A stretch of 64,000 bases of DNA from a phage, in assembly GCA_027262695.1 (NCBI GenBank), contig GCA_027262695.1_4722.1, one strand, 5' to 3'. Positions 60,683-64,000 of this stretch are shown here, in pieces. The position numbers and the translations under genes are program-made. Each line of letters begins with the position of its first letter. The first letter of the stretch is position 1. Below the pieces are notes generated by a model. It was not told the origin of the DNA. It did no database searches and worked only from the letters and a program-made list of their open reading frames with translations.

Positions 60683-60715
60683 CCCCTCCTCCTTCCCTGA
60701 TGGGTTGGAGGAGGG
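60683..60715. terminator. bidirectional hairpin between convergent genes
   Basis: CCCCTCCTCC...GGAGGAGGG followed by TTATG. Confidence 0.55.
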
Positions 60716-60720
60716 TTATG

Positions 60721-62874
60721 TTACTCTGCGGTTTCTTTTTTCGGTTGGTAGCTTGCAGCGATATCTTGGGCTAACAGTGTGTTGTTCTTATTCGAAATGA
60801 AAATACCGTAACTTTCCATTAATGCGTAATACGAGCGAACGAGTGTAGAAATCAATCGACGAATATCCATACCTTGGATGAAAATATCGGGAAGCCCAGA
60901 GGCTTCGATCACCGGTAATGGTATCGTTAAATTGCTTATCGTTTTCTTATCGTTACGTACAATCCAATCACGGAAACGTTGTTGTAACCCTTTATCCTCC
61001 CAGGAATCAATCCAATCATTAAGAAGCGTTTTGTTCTTCGTTGCCAATGGTACACGAACCCCAACATAAGGCGGTTCAGGGCAATGGCCGTACGATTGCG
61101 CAAACACCTCTTCCCACATGTCGTACGACTGCTTGGTAACCGCAACATGTGGTTTTACTTTAACGCGTGTTAAGAAATCAGGATCGCCGCGTTTCATCGA
61201 TTCCACGATTTCGTTTTCTAACGCGATGATATCATCAAGTACTAATCTGATACTGATCTTCTCGTTACGTAACAGTTTATCCATGATACCGCACATCATG
61301 CGCTCAACACGTTGTACGATCATTTTTGGTGCTGATGCGTCACGCATAACGGGACCTTTCAATTCCAGTTTCGGCGGATTGATTGGAACCCCTTCACGCA
61401 TGGTCATGTAACCGTAATAGTTTTTACCCATTGAAGTCAACGACAGAATCAAGAACATATACTCGTTCTTCATTTCCATCACGTACATATGCTCTTTCGC
61501 GACGCCGATATTACCCGAACACATTGCCATCAGATGAACCGTAATCTGCGTAACCAGGTAGATAAGCGTATTCGCTAAGCGCGTTGAAATCGGATTGATC
61601 TCCATGTTGCCAAACCGCCACTGAACCCACTCCTGACAGGTAAATACCGTTGAGTCGGTATCGGACAACACACCCACTTCACGGATGGCTGACGGAAACG
61701 CATAAACACCCGCGGGTTGGTTCTCGGTGCGCCAGAACGCCATAATCAGGTCAGCGTAACTCTGGATACGTTGTAACATTAATTTTGTCGTGGCAGCGGT
61801 AAGACGATAACCCAGTTCGTTGCCTTTTTCTAACGCAACGTAAATCGCTTCACCATTTAAGAACTCGGTACACTGTGCTGTAATCCAGGCAACCGTGTTA
61901 TTATCCATGGAGGCGATAATGGCTTTCGCCTCTTCCATCGTTTCAACAGGTTCGGTGGCCAATTCACATAACGAATCAAGGAAACCACAAACAAACTCAG
62001 GATTCAGTTCACGCAACGAATACAAGTTGTTACTATACATGTAACAGGCGCGTTCCAACGGCGTTAAACCGTTAATCAACTCCTGAATAACCAGTTCTTT
62101 TTCCGGGTCGAAAATATAGCGATGCAGGCATTTTGATACATTAGCCCAAACCTCTTCCGGTGTAGGGTAATGTAGCTGGTATTTTACCATCACCTGCTCA
62201 ATGGCTTTACGATCGCTGTTACGGACAATGCTTACGATATTTTCAATCGCGATATCACAATCGTAATAATGAAAATTACCCGCCAGGAACCGCTCGTTAT
62301 TCGCATTCGCCGAACCGGAAGCGCATCGGCATGTCGTGGTTAAACTCGGATGTGCGATCGGGTTATAAAACGGATTGAATTTAGATGCCTGTGTTCCCGA
62401 CAAACTGTTGTTGTCTAACTTGGTGTTAGTCTGTCGTTTATCATGCAGTTCCGCTTCGTCTTTACGTCCATGTGCTTGTGCAATAGACATTTGTTTCTTT
62501 TGTTTCTTACGCAACTTACCGTTTTCAACCGCGAAGTCGCTTAACACACTGGAACGTGTTTCACGTGGATAACAGTTCGCCCATACCGGGGTAATGATTA
62601 AATTATTTTCTTTGATATCGTTGATATACTGACTGAACTTAATAACTTCTTTTTCTCGGTTTCCTTCGGTACGTTGTGTTAAAACAAGACAGTCAGGATC
62701 AACCATCCCGTGTGCACCACCTGGCTTGATAGTATCAAGTACGAACCGTAATGCTTCTTGTTGAGAAATACCACGCATGCGCATTAAGAACAGGGTATAA
62801 TCCTGCACCGCTTCTTTGGTCATATCCAACGTACGACCGTATCCGTTTTCATCGTAAAAGAACGGATTTTCCAT
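60721..62874 (-). CDS. RNA polymerase beta-like subunit, N-terminal part
   Basis: SYGHCPEPPYVGVRVPL resembles beta HYGRVCPIETPEGPNIGLI; size and context fit split-beta arrangement. Confidence 0.45.
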   Translation of the reverse strand: MENPFFYDENGYGRTLDMTKEAVQDYTLFLMRMRGISQQEALRFVLDTIKPGGAHGMVDPDCLVLTQRTEGNREKEVIKFSQYINDIKENNLIITPVWANCYPRETRSSVLSDFAVENGKLRKKQKKQMSIAQAHGRKDEAELHDKRQTNTKLDNNSLSGTQASKFNPFYNPIAHPSLTTTCRCASGSANANNERFLAGNFHYYDCDIAIENIVSIVRNSDRKAIEQVMVKYQLHYPTPEEVWANVSKCLHRYIFDPEKELVIQELINGLTPLERACYMYSNNLYSLRELNPEFVCGFLDSLCELATEPVETMEEAKAIIASMDNNTVAWITAQCTEFLNGEAIYVALEKGNELGYRLTAATTKLMLQRIQSYADLIMAFWRTENQPAGVYAFPSAIREVGVLSDTDSTVFTCQEWVQWRFGNMEINPISTRLANTLIYLVTQITVHLMAMCSGNIGVAKEHMYVMEMKNEYMFLILSLTSMGKNYYGYMTMREGVPINPPKLELKGPVMRDASAPKMIVQRVERMMCGIMDKLLRNEKISIRLVLDDIIALENEIVESMKRGDPDFLTRVKVKPHVAVTKQSYDMWEEVFAQSYGHCPEPPYVGVRVPLATKNKTLLNDWIDSWEDKGLQQRFRDWIVRNDKKTISNLTIPLPVIEASGLPDIFIQGMDIRRLISTLVRSYYALMESYGIFISNKNNTLLAQDIAASYQPKKETAE

Positions 62875-62937
62875 AAACCCTCCAAAAGTCGTATAGCCTA
62901 TCTACATCATCTCGTATATCTGTTAAAAAAGAAAGAC

Positions 62938-62977
62938 GGCATAAAAAAGAACCGATCCAGCCGAAGCCAGATCGGTT
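62938..62977 (-). terminator. hairpin followed by TTTTTTATGCCG box
   Basis: Minus strand AACCGATC...GATCGGTT CTTTTTTATGCCGTC. Confidence 0.55.
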
Positions 62978-63185
62978 GAAAGGATAATTAATAACAGGGA
63001 AATGAAAGTGTGACTGAAAGATATCGATGATGTTCGTGAAATAAGATCTTCTCGTCTACAGTGATGCCAGATCAGAGGGAGGTTGTAAACGAGAGACGGT
63101 TCACTAAAGGAGTAACAAACGCGAACCTATCTTATTTCACCGATGGCGCTAACCACTCAAAATATATAGTACCATATGTAAAAGT

Positions 63186-63599
63186 TTACTGATTAATCAA
63201 GTCGTTAGCAACGATCTTGGTGTAACCTGCTTGATTAAGAATCTGATTAATTTTCGTCACATCGGTTGCATCATCAATAACGATGCTGGGTTTATAAATC
63301 AACGTCTTGGTAACAACGATCGTACTCTCCTTAATCCAGGGAATCCCTAGGATCACATACTCGCCATCAGCGGTGATGACCTCAACGTAGTTATATTTCG
63401 TTGGATCATTCGGAACGCTAGACGGAAGCCGGGAATAGATCTGCTGATGGATAGCGTCAACATCACGGCCGTTACGTACAGCGGTACGGTAGTTGTATAC
63501 CGCACTAATTTCCACTCCGTTGAAGTTAACCCCAAGTTCTGAGGCGTACACATCAAAACTCACAACAGAGCCAATCTTTTCTAAATCAGAAGCTGGCAT
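63186..63599 (-). CDS. hypothetical protein
   Basis: 137-aa ORF. Confidence 0.45.
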   Translation of the reverse strand: MPASDLEKIGSVVSFDVYASELGVNFNGVEISAVYNYRTAVRNGRDVDAIHQQIYSRLPSSVPNDPTKYNYVEVITADGEYVILGIPWIKESTIVVTKTLIYKPSIVIDDATDVTKINQILNQAGYTKIVANDLINQ

Positions 63600-63610
63600 A
63601 ATAGCATCCT

Positions 63611-64000
63611 TTATTCAAAAATGTATTCATATCCGAACGTTGTCGCTGACCAAACTCGGATAGATGATAATGTTCCGCCACGATAAAACGTTTTTGTAAA
63701 CTCCATATCCTGGACAACACGATAGTAAACACGTGCGATGATACGTACGACAAGATTTCGTGATAACGATCTCTCTTCGCAGTATTCGTCGATAAAGTCA
63801 TCGTCGATATCCGATAAGACAACATCTGCGATTTCTTGCAGGAGATTCCTCATCAGCATCTGCTTTCCTTCGATACCCCATCCAGACAAACAGTAATCGT
63901 CTTCTGCCTGACTGTAGATGTCATAGACCGCCTGTTCAAGCAGTTGCTCAAGATAGTGATCATCGCGTTTTATAACGTGGCGACGGCGCTCAGAGGCGTA
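63611..64000 (-). CDS. hypothetical protein, 3' part (gene begins beyond window end)
   Basis: Minus-strand frame of ORF 63611..63889 stays open upstream to position 64000. Confidence 0.45.
   Translation of the reverse strand, partial: YASERRRHVIKRDDHYLEQLLEQAVYDIYSQAEDDYCLSGWGIEGKQMLMRNLLQEIADVVLSDIDDDFIDEYCEERSLSRNLVVRIIARVYYRVVQDMEFTKTFYRGGTLSSIRVWSATTFGYEYIFE

Overview
This 64-kb window is a densely packed, almost entirely minus-strand segment of a large lytic phage genome; no rRNA, tRNA, CRISPR array, integrase or transposase was seen. The gene content points to a jumbo phage of an enterobacteria-like host, probably of the nucleus-forming phiKZ-like (Chimalliviridae) kind; that assignment is inference from content, not a database match. 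Recognisable genes: four genes for a split multisubunit RNA polymerase (beta N-terminal and C-terminal parts, beta-prime N-terminal and C-terminal parts), a 632-aa early gene next to beta-prime that may be the nuclear-shell protein, NAD-dependent DNA ligase, thymidylate synthase interrupted by a td-type group I intron with a GIY-YIG homing endonuclease, a frameshifted Dam methyltransferase, two SF2 helicases, two metallophosphoesterases, an HD hydrolase, a DEDDh exonuclease, GNAT and SAM methyltransferase genes, and two tandem paralog arrays. The most striking observations: (1) the beta-prime N-terminal gene is interrupted by two tandem group I introns without endonuclease genes, flanking a 13-nt micro-exon, so the catalytic NADFDGD motif is assembled from three exons; (2) a class-3-type mini-intein sits in the P-loop of a helicase; (3) a six-gene tandem array of double-HTH proteins; (4) recurrent GC-hairpin + TTTATGCCG modules and four TATATTAC-type promoter boxes; (5) an 11-G homopolymer that frameshifts dam. 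All coordinates were derived by hand from the sequence; intron boundaries may be off by a few nucleotides.
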